64,000 nucleotides of DNA from Camelus ferus (GCF_009834535.1 NC_045697.1:93684001-93748000), one strand, 5' to 3'. Counted from the stretch's first letter, positions 40,862 to 54,156 are shown. Numbers and translations are program-made. The notes: generated from the sequence alone by a model not told the origin.

Positions 40862-41345
40862 CAGGAAGGCAGAATAATGGCTCTCCAGAGATGTCCATAT
40901 TTAACCCCCAGAATTTGTGAATAGGTTATATGGATGGCAAAAGAGACTTTGCCAATGTGCTTAAGTTATAAGTTTTATAATAAGGACATCATAGTTGATT
41001 ATCTCTGTGGGCCCAATATAATCACAAAGATTTTTAAAAGATGAAAGAGAGCTGCAGAAGACTCAGACAAGGGCACATAATGATAGAAACCAAGGTCAGA
41101 GTGATTTGACAGCTGATCGACGATGGGGCTTCAGGCCAAGGAATGCAGGTCACCTCTAGAAAATGGAAAGTCAAGCAAGGGGATTCCTCTCTTGGAGTCT
41201 CCACAAAGAAATGCAGCCCTGCTCTCACCTTGATTTTTATCTCAGTGAGACTCATTTTGAATTCATGATCTCTAGAATTATGAGTTAATAACTTACTATA
41301 AGCCACTAATTTTGTGAAATTTTTTACAGCATTATTTCTTAGAGT
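40862..41345 (+). mobile_element. MLT1D-like LTR
   Basis: aggcagaataatggc...atggcaaaagagactttgc...gccaaggaatgcagg...taagccactaa. Confidence 0.85.
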
Positions 41346-41399
41346 ATTAGGTAACTAATACACATATCGATGCCCATTTGAGTTATTACTTTTATTTTT

Positions 41400-41930
41400 T
41401 TTAAGAAAAAAACAAATAACCCAATCCAAAAATGGGCAAAAGACCTAAACAAGCAATTCTCCAAGGAAGAAACACAAATGATCAATAGGTACATGAAAAA
41501 ATGTTCAGTATCACTAATTATCAGAGAAATGCAAATCAAAACTACAATGAGGTATCACCTCACACCAGTCAGAATGGCCATCATTCAAAAGTCCACAAAT
41601 GACAAATGCTGGAGAGGCTGTGGAGAAAGGGGAACCCTCCTACACTGCCGGTGGGAATGCAGTTTGGTGCAGCCACTGTAGAAAACAGTATGGAGATTCC
41701 TCAAAAGACTAGGAATAGACTTACCATGTGACCCAGAAATCCTGCTCTTGGGCATATACCCAGAAGGAACCCTACTTCAAAATGACACCTGCATCCCAAT
41801 GTTCATAGCAGCACTGTTTACAATAGCCAAGACATGGAAACAGCCTAAATGTCCATCAACAGATGGCTGGATAAAGAAGCTGTGGTATACTTATACAATG
41901 GAATACTATTCAGCCATAAAAACTGACAAT
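41400..41930 (+). mobile_element. L1 ORF2 C-terminal fragment lacking 3'UTR
   Basis: ORFs 41478-41681 and 41748-41948 are L1 ORF2 ([35 protein letters not shown]); closely similar to 2700-3210. Confidence 0.95.
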
Positions 41931-42225
41931 CTTACTTTTACATTTTAATCAATATCTGTTTCAATCATAAAAAGCATTGCATTACTTGTCCTTATGTTTA
42001 AGGGGAAAATAAAAAGACAACAGAGAGGTTAAATTTGCAAAATGCAAGTTTTCTTTAAAACTTCCATGGATTATAATGATGAAATATAGGGATTTACTTT
42101 CTTCTATAAATGTTGTGCAGTTTTTGATTGATTCTTTTTTATACATAAATCCACAGAGAAGCAACAATCCATTGAATAAGTACTGTCCCTGTGTTACTAT
42201 TATTATAATGTTTTTTAAAAAGTGT

Positions 42226-42812
42226 TGTGCAGGAAAGGGTGACTCAGCACAACTGAGTTGCTTAACACCTGCATGTTATCAAGAACAGCCTGTCTTCAGA
42301 ACTGCCCATTCACTGGCTCCTGGGAGATGAGGACGAAGCCCTTGAATATTGTCCCTGATAATGATCATTTTTGTATGCTTGAGGCTTTGGACCAAGATAT
42401 AGCAATCTGATCTAAGAATTAAGACTAAACAGTGATTTACAGGGAACATCTCTTTTTGCTCTGGAGTGTTGGAGTGTGAGAAGCTGAGATCAGTCATGCC
42501 AGTGTTGCATGCCCACATGATTGACCCAATAAACACCCTGGAGCTTAGGCGAGCTTTTCTGGTTGGCAATACTTTGCACATGTTGTCACACACAGTTGAT
42601 GGGAGAAATAAATTCTTCCATGTGACTTTACTGGGTTAGGACACCTGGACGCTTGCTTCCTGTTTTCTTGGAATTTGCCTCATGCACCTTTCACTTTGCT
42701 GACTTTAGTCTGTATCTTTTCAGTGTCATAATCATGACCATGAATATAACCATTTTTTTAAGAAACTTCTTGTGAATCATAGTAACTATGAATGGCTTTG
42801 AGATCTCTCAGC
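42226..42812 (+). mobile_element. MER77-like (ERVL) solo LTR
   Basis: Starts tgtgcaggaaagggt; contains ggctcctgggagatgag and ctggttggcaatactttgcacatgttgtcacac. Confidence 0.75.
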
Positions 42813-43589
42813 CCTATATAAAATGTTTTCTCTTTATGTATCAAACCGTACCATTCTAATGTGTATATGATTAAGATTACAAAGGCTTTTAAGAAAATCA
42901 GTTATTAACAAACATATAATGGTTTCCATAAATTGGAAATATAACTTAAAATATAGCTGACATCTGAATGACTCCTATTTTCCAAGCACCATGACAAGAG
43001 CTTTGCATGATGAAGGGCTCTTTTTCTATGCGATTAAAATCCATGATGTGAGTGTTCTATTTCAAAAATTAATAAAATTTGATCATTCCCTAAATAGTGT
43101 TATTAGGCAAAATTGACTTTCAGCAATTATTCTATACTGTGTAATGCACCTCAGAACATTGATTATAACAATGTCAATTAATTTGAATAGTGAAGTATAC
43201 TTTTCAATGATAGTGCTTCCTTCTGTCATATGAATACCTATTAAACTTTAATTTTATTCATGTACTTTATGAGTAATATGTATGTATTATGGTTCATTCA
43301 GTGGCCATGCCTTCAGCAAAGAAGAGAAAAGAGTTAAATAGCAGTAAGCAGTATGGTGCTATAAGTGAATGCAGGAAATGACGAATAGTGGCCTATTTTT
43401 TAAGTAAATTTAGTAGTGGAATTCATATCTTCTTATATACCAGCATTGAAATACACCCACACAATTAAGTGATGATCTGATTTATGTACGTTATAAATTA
43501 AATCTTTTATTTATGCAATACTAAAATTGTTGACTATCTTGTTTGGTATTTATTCATTGGAATAACGATTTTTACTTACACTTTCATAG

Positions 43590-43678
43590 TAGAAAGCGTT
43601 AGAAAAAGACTTTTAAACCCCAGACAATTACTTCCTTGCCTCTGGGATACCATGACTCAGATAAGCTTCACAAAGAAT
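43590..43678 (+). pseudogene. Candidate exon relic (89 bp)
   Basis: Acceptor tttacttacactttcatag|T, donor AAT|gtaagt. Reads RKR*KKTFKPQTITSLPLGYHDSDKLHKE; phase 2-1. Confidence 0.55.
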
Positions 43679-44784
43679 GTAAGTACTAGTTCAGCTTTTC
43701 TTTAGTAACTCTTGCCTTGCTTTTGTTTCAAAAGGTGATACAGTCCATTTCTTGAGGGAATTCTGGTGGAGACAGTTAACAAGGCAAAATAACTAAAAAA
43801 AAAAAAATCCATGCTTCAAACAAGAGGGGTGTGTTTTTTGTTGTGTGTGTGTATATGTGTGTGCAGGAAAGCATAACTTCAAAATCTCTAAAGCCAGAAT
43901 AACATTAAGAAATAATGTTTTTGGTTTTATTGCATTACATTGATCTCCTGTGTCACATAAAACTGATAGCTGAATTTTCACTGTTTTTAGTGAGCTAGAC
44001 TGAAACTGGTAGCAACTCAGCTTCTCTTGATGCTAAATAGAACTATTAAAAAAAAACAGAGAATAAGGCTATTTTCTTTCCCAGGACTTGACGCTCTACT
44101 GCCACTACTTAATTTTCAATTCCCTACTCCCAGCAAGTTGCCAAAAAACAAAATTACACTGCACCAAACAAACAAACAAACAAACAAAAAAACCTGTGAA
44201 GCCACATTAATATTTTATTTAAAAAATTATTACCAGGAAGCTACCTTTTCAAGTGCTTATGTTTGAGCTATCCTAAATCTGTGAATACTTTAAATTATCA
44301 TTATATTATTATACAATACTAAAAAAAGTCTCATAATTCTTTTTTTAATGTAAAAGTATTTCTCACAAATAAGTAATCCATCTAGCGGTAATTAATTACA
44401 TACCTACCAGTAAAATTTAATGTTTTCTGTAGTATATTAATATAGACAACCAAACAGACATTGAAAAAATTTGAATCTGAAGACTATTTGCTGCATAAGT
44501 GTAAAAATTAAATAGACATTATTAACATTATTTTTAGTTGATTTAATAAAAATTCAAATAGTACACCATGTTCTAGGACATTGAACCATTCTTCTCAAAT
44601 GAGCTGGCATGTATAAAAATTTGGGGAAAATAAATCTAATGTTGTGATTATCTAACCATTATTACAGCATAAATTTAAATAAGTAAATTAGATATTAAAA
44701 TTGTAAAGAAACCATAATACAGCCAATTTGAAAGCATTTTCCATCATTTAAAAATGATAGCGATATTGATAATTTATATAATAG

Positions 44785-44896
44785 ATTTTCAACTTAATAT
44801 CAATATGTTAGAGTCTATGTATAAGATACTGGTGGTCCTGAAGATGTCCTTGAATCTCTGTGCACAAAAGATCTTTACATTTGGAAATTGATTAAG
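44785..44896 (+). pseudogene. Candidate exon relic (112 bp)
   Basis: Weak acceptor tataatag|AT, donor AAG|gtagaa. Reads FQLNINMLESMYKILVVLKMSLNLCAQKIFTFGN*L; phase 1-2 bridges both neighbours. Confidence 0.45.
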
Positions 44897-44902
44897 GTAG
44901 AA

Positions 44903-45068
44903 AAGTGCTCCTCAAATGTTAATGTGAAAACATATAACCTAATGGTCTTGTTAAAAATGCATTCTCAGATTGAGTAGGTCTAGAATGGAGTTTCAGAGAG
45001 CATTTCTAACAGACCTCCAAGTAATGCCCATGGTCTTGGTTTAATGACCACAGTTTGAAAAGCAAGAG
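44903..45068. mobile_element. MER5-like hAT-Charlie element
   Basis: cttgttaaaaatgca...agtaggtctagaatgg...catttctaaca...gaccacagtttga. Confidence 0.7.
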
Positions 45069-46127
45069 TTAGATGACCCTGCTGTATATTTACTCTTTGA
45101 CTCTTAAGCTATAGTTCCAGACCTGCAGGAAAGAATGAAATAATAAAGCTATTATATGACAATGTTATTTTAATGGCAGAGGTCAAAATAAATTGGCTTC
45201 TTGTCTAATAAGAGATCTGAATTGATTTTAAATACGGGAATGGGAAAGTTCTGCACAGAAAAAAATCACTTTGTTGTTCGTATTGAAAGCTGGAGGAGAG
45301 TTCAGGATACAGATACTGGAAAGAAGAGTTTTGTTTGTAGAGGAAACAACAATCAGAGTGAGTAAGGAACTATGGAAAATTTGGAGAGACTGTCATACGG
45401 TCATGTGAGTGTAGAATGTATGGCAGAGTGTTGGAGAACCAGGGATATATAGTTGTTTGTACTACATTTTAAGTCAGTCTTATAGGCCATTCTGAGAAAT
45501 TAAAAATAGCAATTTGGTGCATTTTGCATAGCACTGTTTTTATGCTTATCTATGTATTTTTTAAATCAGAGGACAGAAAGTTCAACAATGTAGCATTTAT
45601 TTGCTCTGTAGAATAGTTCACAGAAAAGAGCTTGTGCTAGTTCTACACTATATGAAAACAACTTTGAAATCACTTCTCTATCCTATCAGACCCAACGTCT
45701 CCTCCTTACAACAAATATATTTAGTGTTCCTTTTATGACACTGAAATGAGATGCGTAGAGATGATCACCTAAGAACAATCAAGCATTTTAAACTATTATG
45801 GTGTACTAATTTTAGCAAAAAGGAGAAATAAAGGGGAGATACTTATTTCAGTGTCTGAATATCTAGACTGAACTATGTAAATAGTATAATAAAGTAGTAA
45901 GGTGCTTGCATCTACATGTAAACTCTAAATGTAAAAGCTACACATGCAGATCAATAAAGACTGACTTTTCTGTTAATTCAAATACCATAAACAGTGACCT
46001 GTAATCATCTGCTAAATGATGAACAGTATTTGGTCACACTGCCAACAAAATGAAGTACAATATTCCTTAAACACATGTGAGATTGAATTCCTAATAATTC
46101 TGTTTATATTAAAATTATGCACACACT

Positions 46128-46672
46128 AGTTGGCGTGAGGCGGGAAGCCCCATAAAAAGACTGGCAGGACCCCTAGGCAGGGCCGCTGCTCTCCTCCCAC
46201 TAGCATCTGGTTCCCTGGCCCAGAGGTTCTATCTCACTTTTTGCCCCTAAAGTGGCTAACTTACACCTAGAATTCTATTGATTCCCTGAACTCACTTTCT
46301 TTCACTCCTAATTGGTTATTACTCTCACTTCTGATTGGTTCTTACCCTCACTTCTGATTGGTCCACTTCCCTTACTTCTGATTGGTCTATTTGTAGTACT
46401 TCATTTGCATGGAGTTCACTCCTGATTGGTCTATTTCTACAAAGCTTGTTCCTGGTTGGTCAACTTCTGTTGTACTTTATTTGCATATGATGTTGCAAAG
46501 TGTAAAACTGGCAGCCTATAAAAGGCCTGTGAAAACCTATAGATGGGGTCCAGAGTTTGAAGTGTTAACTCCTCTGGGCCTGCTGGTGTAATAAACCTGA
46601 GTTCTCCAACTCTCTGAGTGCTGCTTGGTCTCTCGCCAGGATCCAGGTTGCTGTCACAACTGAGCTGTAACA
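46128..46672 (+). mobile_element. Relatively young ERV solo LTR with CCAAT/octamer array
   Basis: Ends TGTAACA; TATAAAA at 46517-46523, AATAAA at 46590-46595; tandem CTGATTGG units; imperfect flanking repeat CACT/CATT. Confidence 0.85.
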
Positions 46673-47575
46673 CATTTTTCCGCAATAGGTGCATGATATT
46701 GTGTTTATATAGAAATCAGAGTGATGTTCTAGGTGAAGGTAATTAATAGCCATTTTTTCATATACATGGATGACTTACAGGACGTACAAACCATGTGCAG
46801 GATGGGGAGTAAATCTGCATTGGCTCTACTGAGCAATATTTATTGTATCAAAAACACAAAACTAAGAATTCAGAGCCTTTATTTCATTTAAAAGTAACTT
46901 TAAAAATTCAGCATAAAAGCTTTATCAAAGTTTTCTTTCCTGGTGAGACTTTCAAAAAATGTAACTGTTTCTTGGATATCAATTTTGGGAACTTCTAACA
47001 GTATATATGCAATCATTTATTATGTATTACAAAACATTTTTTTTTAAATGCAGGCATTTAATCTATCTTAACTTGAAATTTTGTTTAGTGTCTTTTCAGA
47101 TTCTTTTGTCAAGTTATATAATTAAGTCTAAAGTCTCACTGTAAACTTAATGACATTAACATTCATTAATGCTACTTAATAGTAAATTGTGCATCATTAA
47201 TGGATTAACATAGTGGATTAACTCTGTAGGGGCTCTTCCTTAAACTGAAAACTCAGTTTCTACTGTGCATTTAAAAAGAAAACACTAAATACATCCATAA
47301 GATGTATTAGTAAGTATCTGCAGTTATTCTAAATATAGAAAATGTTAGATAAAGAATCTTTTACAATAGCAGAAGCTTTATCAATAGCTTTTTATGGGAA
47401 TGTATTATCAAATGAATATATTGTCACTTTTTAAGAAACAGAATGTAGACTTTAAAGGCAGCTATGAGATTTTATATTATTATACAATGTAAAACAATGC
47501 AGAAATTTTTCAGGTTGACTCATCTTCAAAATATATCACTTAAAAATATCTTAACGTCTTTCATCCCTCAGTGCT

Positions 47576-47852
47576 CACTTAGGTTGTTTCCATGTCTTGG
47601 CTATTATAAATAATGCTGTTGTGAACATGGGGGTGCAGACAATCTCTTTGAGATAGTGATTTTGTATCCTTCAGATATATTCCCAGAAGTGGCATTTCTG
47701 GATCATATGGTAGTTCTATTTTCTAATTTTTTGAGAAACCTCCATGTTTTCACAGTGACATGTTCTCCAAATCCTCACCAGTATTTGTTATCTCTTGTTT
47801 TTTAATGATAGCCATTTTAACAGGTGTTAAAAAGGTGAAATCTCATTGTGGA

Positions 47853-47889
<37 letters not shown>

Positions 47890-48550
47890 TACATATATAT
47901 ACACATATGTAATATATATTATATATACATACACACACAAAATTCATCCATAAAAAAGGAAATTTGGGACAACATGAACAGATCTTGAGGGCATTATGCT
48001 AAGTGTAATAAGTCAGAGAAGGACAGTGTATGATCTCACTTATATGTGAAGATCATACTGTAAAGAAAAAGAAGGCAAAAATCAACCAACCAAACAAACA
48101 AACAAACAAAACACACCAAAACCAGTAACAACCCCAAACTCGTAGAAAAAGAGATCAGATTTGTGCTTACCAGAGGTGGGGGATGGCAGGGCGGAACTTG
48201 ATGGAGGTGGTCAAAAGCTACAGACTTACAGTGGTAAGTACTGGTGGTGTAACATGATGACTATAGTTAACACTGCTGTGTAGAATGCCTCAAAGTTGTT
48301 AAGAGAGTAAATCCTAAGAGTCCTCACCACAAGGAAAAATACACCTGTTTTCTTCTTGCTCTCTCTCTCTCTCCCCTACCTTTTTTTTTTTTTTTTTTTT
48401 TGATATCTATATGAGATGATGGATGTTAACTAAACATATTGTGGTAATCATGCATTTCACAGCATGTGCAAGTCAAGTCATTATGTTGTACACCTTAAAT
48501 TTTCACAGTGCTGTGTATTACTCTCATCTCAGTGAAAATGGGAAAAAAAA
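47576..48550 (+). mobile_element. L1MA-type element with inverted 5' segment
   Basis: 47576-47851 is an antisense L1 ORF2 end; 47847-48550 is the sense 3'UTR ending in an A run. A TA/CA microsatellite lies just after the junction. Confidence 0.8.
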
Positions 48551-48669
48551 GCCTAACTGTTGTGTGCAAAAGAAGCAGGGATATGTCTTGATATTTGAGA
48601 AGAGCGAAACCATGTAAATAGTAAACAAGGTAAAATGACACTCTTTTATGACATTTGGTACATTACACT

Positions 48670-48970
48670 CTGACAGCCAGGCTCCAGGGTGGTCCCCAAT
48701 GACCTTCACCTTTTTATATTTGCAGCCTTGTGTAGTTTTCTCCTATTCTGTACCAAGATGGGTCTGTGTGGTCAACAGACTATGTTAGAAATGTTGCTGT
48801 ATCATTTCCAAGATTAGGCTGTAAAAGGCATTTCTCCTTCCTTCCTGTTCTCTCTCAGATCACTTGCTGTGGGGGAGCCAACTGCCACGTCATAAAAACA
48901 TTCAGGTAACCTTGTGAAGAGGACAGGATGGCAAGGAAATAAGGTCTTCTTGCCCACACCCATGAGATGG
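48670..48970 (+). mobile_element. MLT1E/F-like LTR fragment
   Basis: ggtggtccccaatgacc...tttccaagattaggctgtaaaag...gggggagccaactgccacgtc. Confidence 0.7.
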
Positions 48971-49069
48971 CTGATAAAGATGCCTTTTATTTTTATCAAC
49001 AGACAATATATGTGACATCATCTGAATACAAATCACTCTATGCAGTTCCTTAGTCATCTTCTCTCTTTT

Positions 49070-50150
49070 AAAATTGATTTATAATTTTTAATAGAATTTA
49101 TTTTTTTAGGTCAATTTTAAGTTCACAGCAAAATTGAGTGTAAAACACAGAGTTTTTATATACCTTCTGCCCCTACACGTGCATCGCCTCCCCCATCATC
49201 AATAGCCCCCACACTGTTACAGCTGATAAACCCACATTAACACAGCATAGTCCCCCAAAGTCATAGTTTACATTATGGTTCACTCTTGGTGTTATATATT
49301 CTTTGAGTGTAGACTGATATATGATTAGAGGTATCCATCATTACAGTATCATACAGAGTAGTTTCACTGCCCTGAAAATCCTCTATGCTCTATGTAATCA
49401 TCCCTCCTAACCCTGGGCAACCATTGATCTTTTTATCATCCCCATAGTTCTGTCTTTTCCAGAATGTCATGGAGTTGAAATCCAACAGTATATATGATTG
49501 ACTTCTTTCACTTAGTAATATGCATTTGTTTCTTATCTTTACACACCTCGATGGCTCATTTCTTTTTAGTATTAAATAATCTTCCATTGTCTGGATTGTC
49601 AACTAAAAATTGGCACATCCCATTTACCCCTACAAGGATTAAATCATGAGCCGCTGCAGCCACTGACCTTCAGCACACCCTGCAAGGAATTCAGGGTGGA
49701 GATCAGGAACGAGGCACTCTGCGCTCTGGAAAAAAGAAAAAAAAAAGTGGCAGAACAGGCCTATAGATAGATATTTTCAGGAGAAGAATTTATGAGCCCA
49801 TATTCTTGCATCTCCTCATATCTAGAAAAGCACTAAAATCATTAACCTTGACATCTGTTCTTCGTGACTAGCAGCAAGCCTCTGCTTAAACGTGTGCTTG
49901 ACTGCACATACCCCCTTCACTAAGATCATATATAATACTGAGCTCCCACCCTGCCTCTTCAGAACAGTTCTCAGAGCTAGCTGAGATGCTGTCTCCTGGG
50001 ATATAGTCCTCATTCTGCCCCAAATAAAACTTAGTTCACAGCTCTCACGTTGTGCCTTTTTTTCAGTTGACATGATGACCCACAGTTATTTATCCATTCA
50101 CTTTTGAAAAATACCTTGGTTGCACTCAGGTTTTAGCAATTGTAACTAAG
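49070..50150 (-). mobile_element. L1MA/MB 3' region interrupted by an LTR
   Basis: ttcacagcaaaattgagt...tccattgtctggat resumes after the LTR as cacagttatttatccattcac. Confidence 0.8.
49597..50072 (+). mobile_element. ERV1-type solo LTR nested in L1
   Basis: Inverted termini TGTCAACT / AGTTGACA, AATAAA at 50023-50028, flanks GGAT / TGAT. Confidence 0.85.
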
Positions 50151-50859
50151 TCATCTTCTTTATGCTAAATAAATAATAAAAATTATCAGTTTTTCTAACT
50201 TCAAAAAACTATGTTTTCATAAGATGCAAATGATTTTGAAATGTATGCTATTAAATAATACAAAATTTATGTATGTCAGAACTTAAAGGTTGCCATTTTC
50301 AAACAGAGATTTCTATGCTATTAGGAATCAGAATTAAAAGTATTTAGCCACATGAAAGTAGAAAAATCCCGTTCATTTTCAGAATATGAAAAAAAGATAT
50401 TTGAAATGTTTCTATCAAGTGATAAATTATCTCTCTGTAATGTATAAGATCTATATATTCCTAGATACCTGTGCTAGTTTATTAGAAAATTGTAGTAAAA
50501 AATCTTTCTATCCTCTTTCTCTGGAGCCTGGATCGGGTCCTGATGGAACCCCTAATTCTCTGCCTTCTTCCTTTTGTTCACCTCTATAATTCATCCACCA
50601 CAGACTGATTTTCTTTACCAATTTTGCCCCTGGAGCCCAAATATATGTTTTGAAAAGTCTTTCACAGAAAATGAGCAGAGAAATAGGATAGTAGCTGAAT
50701 GGTGGTGTGGGGTTGACGGCAGAAGAGGGCTAATCCTTCAAAATTAAGAGGGGAAATGATAAAATGTGGATGTGGGTTTCATGACAATTGAGATTATATG
50801 GCTGAAAGTTGAGGCTATTTCATATGATAGTTTAAACTTTCTTCATGATAATGATCTAC

Positions 50860-51360
50860 TTGGTTGCTTTATGATTTCAACTCTCTGATGAATTCAAGAA
50901 AATTTGCACTTTATCTGGCTGTTTTCCCCCATTGTTCAATTGAGAGCAAATTTCCTTGCAGATTTCTATATTCTAAGCAGAAAGAGGTCTTCCCTGTTAC
51001 TTTGCATATTTTAATAGTTAAATTAGAACTTTCCTTTCACCAGGCCAGGGAACTGAACACTGAGAAAATTCCAGATATCTGTTTAAATTTAACCAAACCA
51101 TCAGTCTGCAGAAGAGTGGGTTTTTTCTCCCTGTTTTTCAGAATACCTGCTAGGGTTTTGGGTCTCTTTGCTGTCTAGAGCTTCTGCCTGTCCATTATCT
51201 CAATCGCCCTTCAGATCCTTTGGACTTCAGAAGGCAGGAGTCTGTGAACTCCTAGGACTTCTTTCAAGACTCCTGCCTCAATCTCAGATTTTTTTTTCCC
51301 TGAAAGTGTGGACTTTCTCTGATCTCTTTTTCTCAGCACTCCTGCTCTGCCCAGATGCCT
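50860..51360 (-). mobile_element. Old L1M 5'-end fragments
   Basis: The reverse strand reads aatatagaaatctgcaag...agccagataaa...catcagagagttgaaatc...gcaacc, resembling L1MC/MD 5' ends. Confidence 0.45.
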
Positions 51361-52559
51361 TCTGAGAACAGCTACCTTACACTGGATGGATAAAGTATTG
51401 GTAAAACTTGGGGACCACCCTCGACTCTCTCCCCTCCAGCTTTTGGTGTATTTCTACTGAAGACTCAGTCAACACCTATCTACAAGGTAGCTGGTGGGTG
51501 CAGATTCACTCTGTGCCTAGGACAGTTCAGGATTTCAATGTTATGGCAGCTCAATTGCAGGAACCAAAAGTTCCTTAAGAGTTCGGCTGCTTCACAGACC
51601 TTCATCATAGTGGCCTTGGATTATCTAATCACAGTTCCACCATTACAAACAAAGCTCTCACATGAAAAGCTTTTCACTTCCTGGAATTTATTCCATTTAG
51701 GTTTCTTTGAGTCCTCACATTTTCCTCATTTTAAGGAAAATGACAATCTTTATCTTACTCAGATTGCTATGTTTGTTAGTGTGAACACACAGTCTTGTAC
51801 ATTTCCACATCCAAACTCGAAGCAGAACATGTTCTCAGTTATTTTAATTGTTGTTGTTGTTATGTTTGCACCTGTAAGATATTTTTTTGGAATTCACTAG
51901 ACAATGTCAAGTATATAAGTGAGCTACATGTATTCATAATATTTTTCAATGTGAGTGGCTAAATTGAAATGCCGTTTCAAACACTGCCTTCTTGGAGGAT
52001 TTGTTTTTTGCAAGCATATTAGCAAAGCAATGAGAGGAATGTGATGCTCCTATCATCAAAATATCAGTAAGCTGCCTTTGTTATCCAACAGTTTCATCAC
52101 GCTGGTCTTTTCCAACCACACACACACACACAAAGGTATTTGTGAAGAAAGAAATTCTCTCTCCAGATTGAGTCCCAGGCAGGCATTTGCTTTCATATCC
52201 GGGGATCAAGCAAAGGAGGGAATGATTGTATTCTACAACTTTTGCCTCTGCAGGCTACTTTTAGACCACTTAATCTTTTATTATCCCATCTTAGTTTCTT
52301 ATTCTCCATACCTACACTATTTTACTAACCCTCAACCTAGCCTCTCTTGTTCCATTGTGTCCTTTATTTGATATCCTTCCACAACTGTATTGAACAACCA
52401 AAAATACTACTTTTATCATGTTTTCTTTTAAAAAAAATCAACATCCCCTCTACATGGCATAAAAATGCCAATGCAGAAGTGGAAACACAAAGGCATTTTA
52501 ACAAATTAAACTGGCATTTTATATTAGAAAATATTATAATGCTGAGGTGATATTAGTTT

Positions 52560-52790
52560 ATATTATTGATGGCTCATTTCATGCTAGCTACAATTCTAAG
52601 TTATGATAGACTGACTCAATTAATTCCCACAGAACTGTGTGATGTGAATGATATTATTATCATCACCTCTGTTTTACAGATAAGAAAATAGCATAGAGAA
52701 ATTGAAGAACTTGCCCAATGTCCAAAGCACATAAGACACCAAGTTGGTTATTTGCCTTATCAGAACCTAAAAATTTAACCATTATGCTAT
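52560..52790 (-). mobile_element. MIR
   Basis: Reverse core: gttttacagataagaaaa...aacttgcccaa. Confidence 0.7.
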
Positions 52791-53769
52791 TACTTCAACT
52801 GACAGGTTTATTTAAAAATATTAAGAGGGTGTAAACTGTGTGCAATATAATCACTTAAAAGAGACAGTAATGGTTGCTTTTGCTTTATTTTGCTTCGTTA
52901 TAAAGTCACAAATTTAAGAAAGAGATTCATTTTGGTTTGGTAGTTTAGTTGTAGTACTTGAGTTTTACTTACTGTAAACACTTATCCGTAGAAGTTAAGG
53001 AACAAGATTAGTTCAATATTATCTCTATGGGAATAGAAATCCGGTTCAGTGTTAAAAGCAACTGGAACAGATATGGGATGTTATTCTACCTGGAAGGTGG
53101 TTTGGGGGCAGGGGGTAGGGGCAACTTCAGTAGCCAAAATTTAACTCAATATGTGTTCATTCAGTTCCTGGTTCAGGGAGTTTTGATAGTAACAATAATA
53201 ATTAACATGTAAGCCACATTTACTAGGTGTCAGATGTTGTCATAATTTTTGATCATCACCATGTTTTCAATATTGGAGATGCTCTCTTAGGACATAATTA
53301 TGGAAAGGCATTATTTTTCCATTCAAACTTGTACTTATAAAGGGATGAAATGTATGAATAATGAACATTCTGAAAATCAGTACCATTTAGTGAACACCTA
53401 TGCTTAGAATAGAAATTCACAATAGAAAAACCAAATACATGCATTGACCCTTCCAGAAACTTGGATCTGTGAAGACCATATGCAGGGGTACCTTACTGAA
53501 TACAAGGACAAGGTAAGCTTGGAGAATAATCCCATCTTGAGGGCAAGCCTCTTTCTCCAGTCACTAAAGATCGATTCTCACAATACTTAGCACAACACCC
53601 TGTATCTAATAGCCATTCAGTTAAAATATATTGAATTGAGAAATAAATTAGTCCTAGGCTATATGGTAAGTTTAATTGCTAATATAATAATGAAAACTAA
53701 AGTATTTGAACTATACCTGTTATAGAGTAAAAATGTATAGTTTTATTGTTTGAAGTTATAACATTGGCG

Positions 53770-53930
53770 TATCATTCCCAGTCCTATAACCGACTCTCAA
53801 ATTAAACTTGTGTAACTAATTAACCTCTGTGTGACCAAGTTCTCTCATCTGTAAAACAGATACAATAATTACTATCGCCTACCCTTTGGGCACAGTGTGA
53901 GGATTAATGACATAATTTCTAAAAGCTAGT
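53770..53930 (+). mobile_element. MIR
   Basis: Core: aacctctgtg...ctcatctgtaaaac...gtgaggattaatga. Confidence 0.7.
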
Positions 53931-54053
53931 TCCTAGAAAGGTATTTTATATTCAAACATCTTACTGTCTTAGACTGTTTGTTTTACTTTCACCATATACG
54001 TCCAAAGTCTAAATGTTTTAGAAAATAATTTCTGTTTTTTCTTTTAATTTTAG

Positions 54054-54156
54054 GTTGACCAGTTATCACTAACAGAGACCAAGGGTTCAGCAAGAATTGA
54101 AATGTAGCAATTCTGGAGTGTTTTATATGTCTATTTTAAATTGCACATTCTTTTGG
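54054..54156 (+). pseudogene. Candidate exon relic (103 bp)
   Basis: Acceptor ttttcttttaattttag|G, donor TGG|gtaagt. Reads LTSYH*QRPRVQQELKCSNSGVFYMSILNCTFFW; phase 2-0. Confidence 0.6.

Noticed and set aside
46305..46460. Regularly spaced repeats resembling a CRISPR-like array
   Set aside because: They are short CCAAT-box units inside an LTR in a mammalian genome, without unique spacers or cas genes.
51040..51900. Cluster of 65-120 aa ORFs
   Set aside because: The region partly resembles old L1 5'-end sequence on the minus strand and shows no consistent splice pair.
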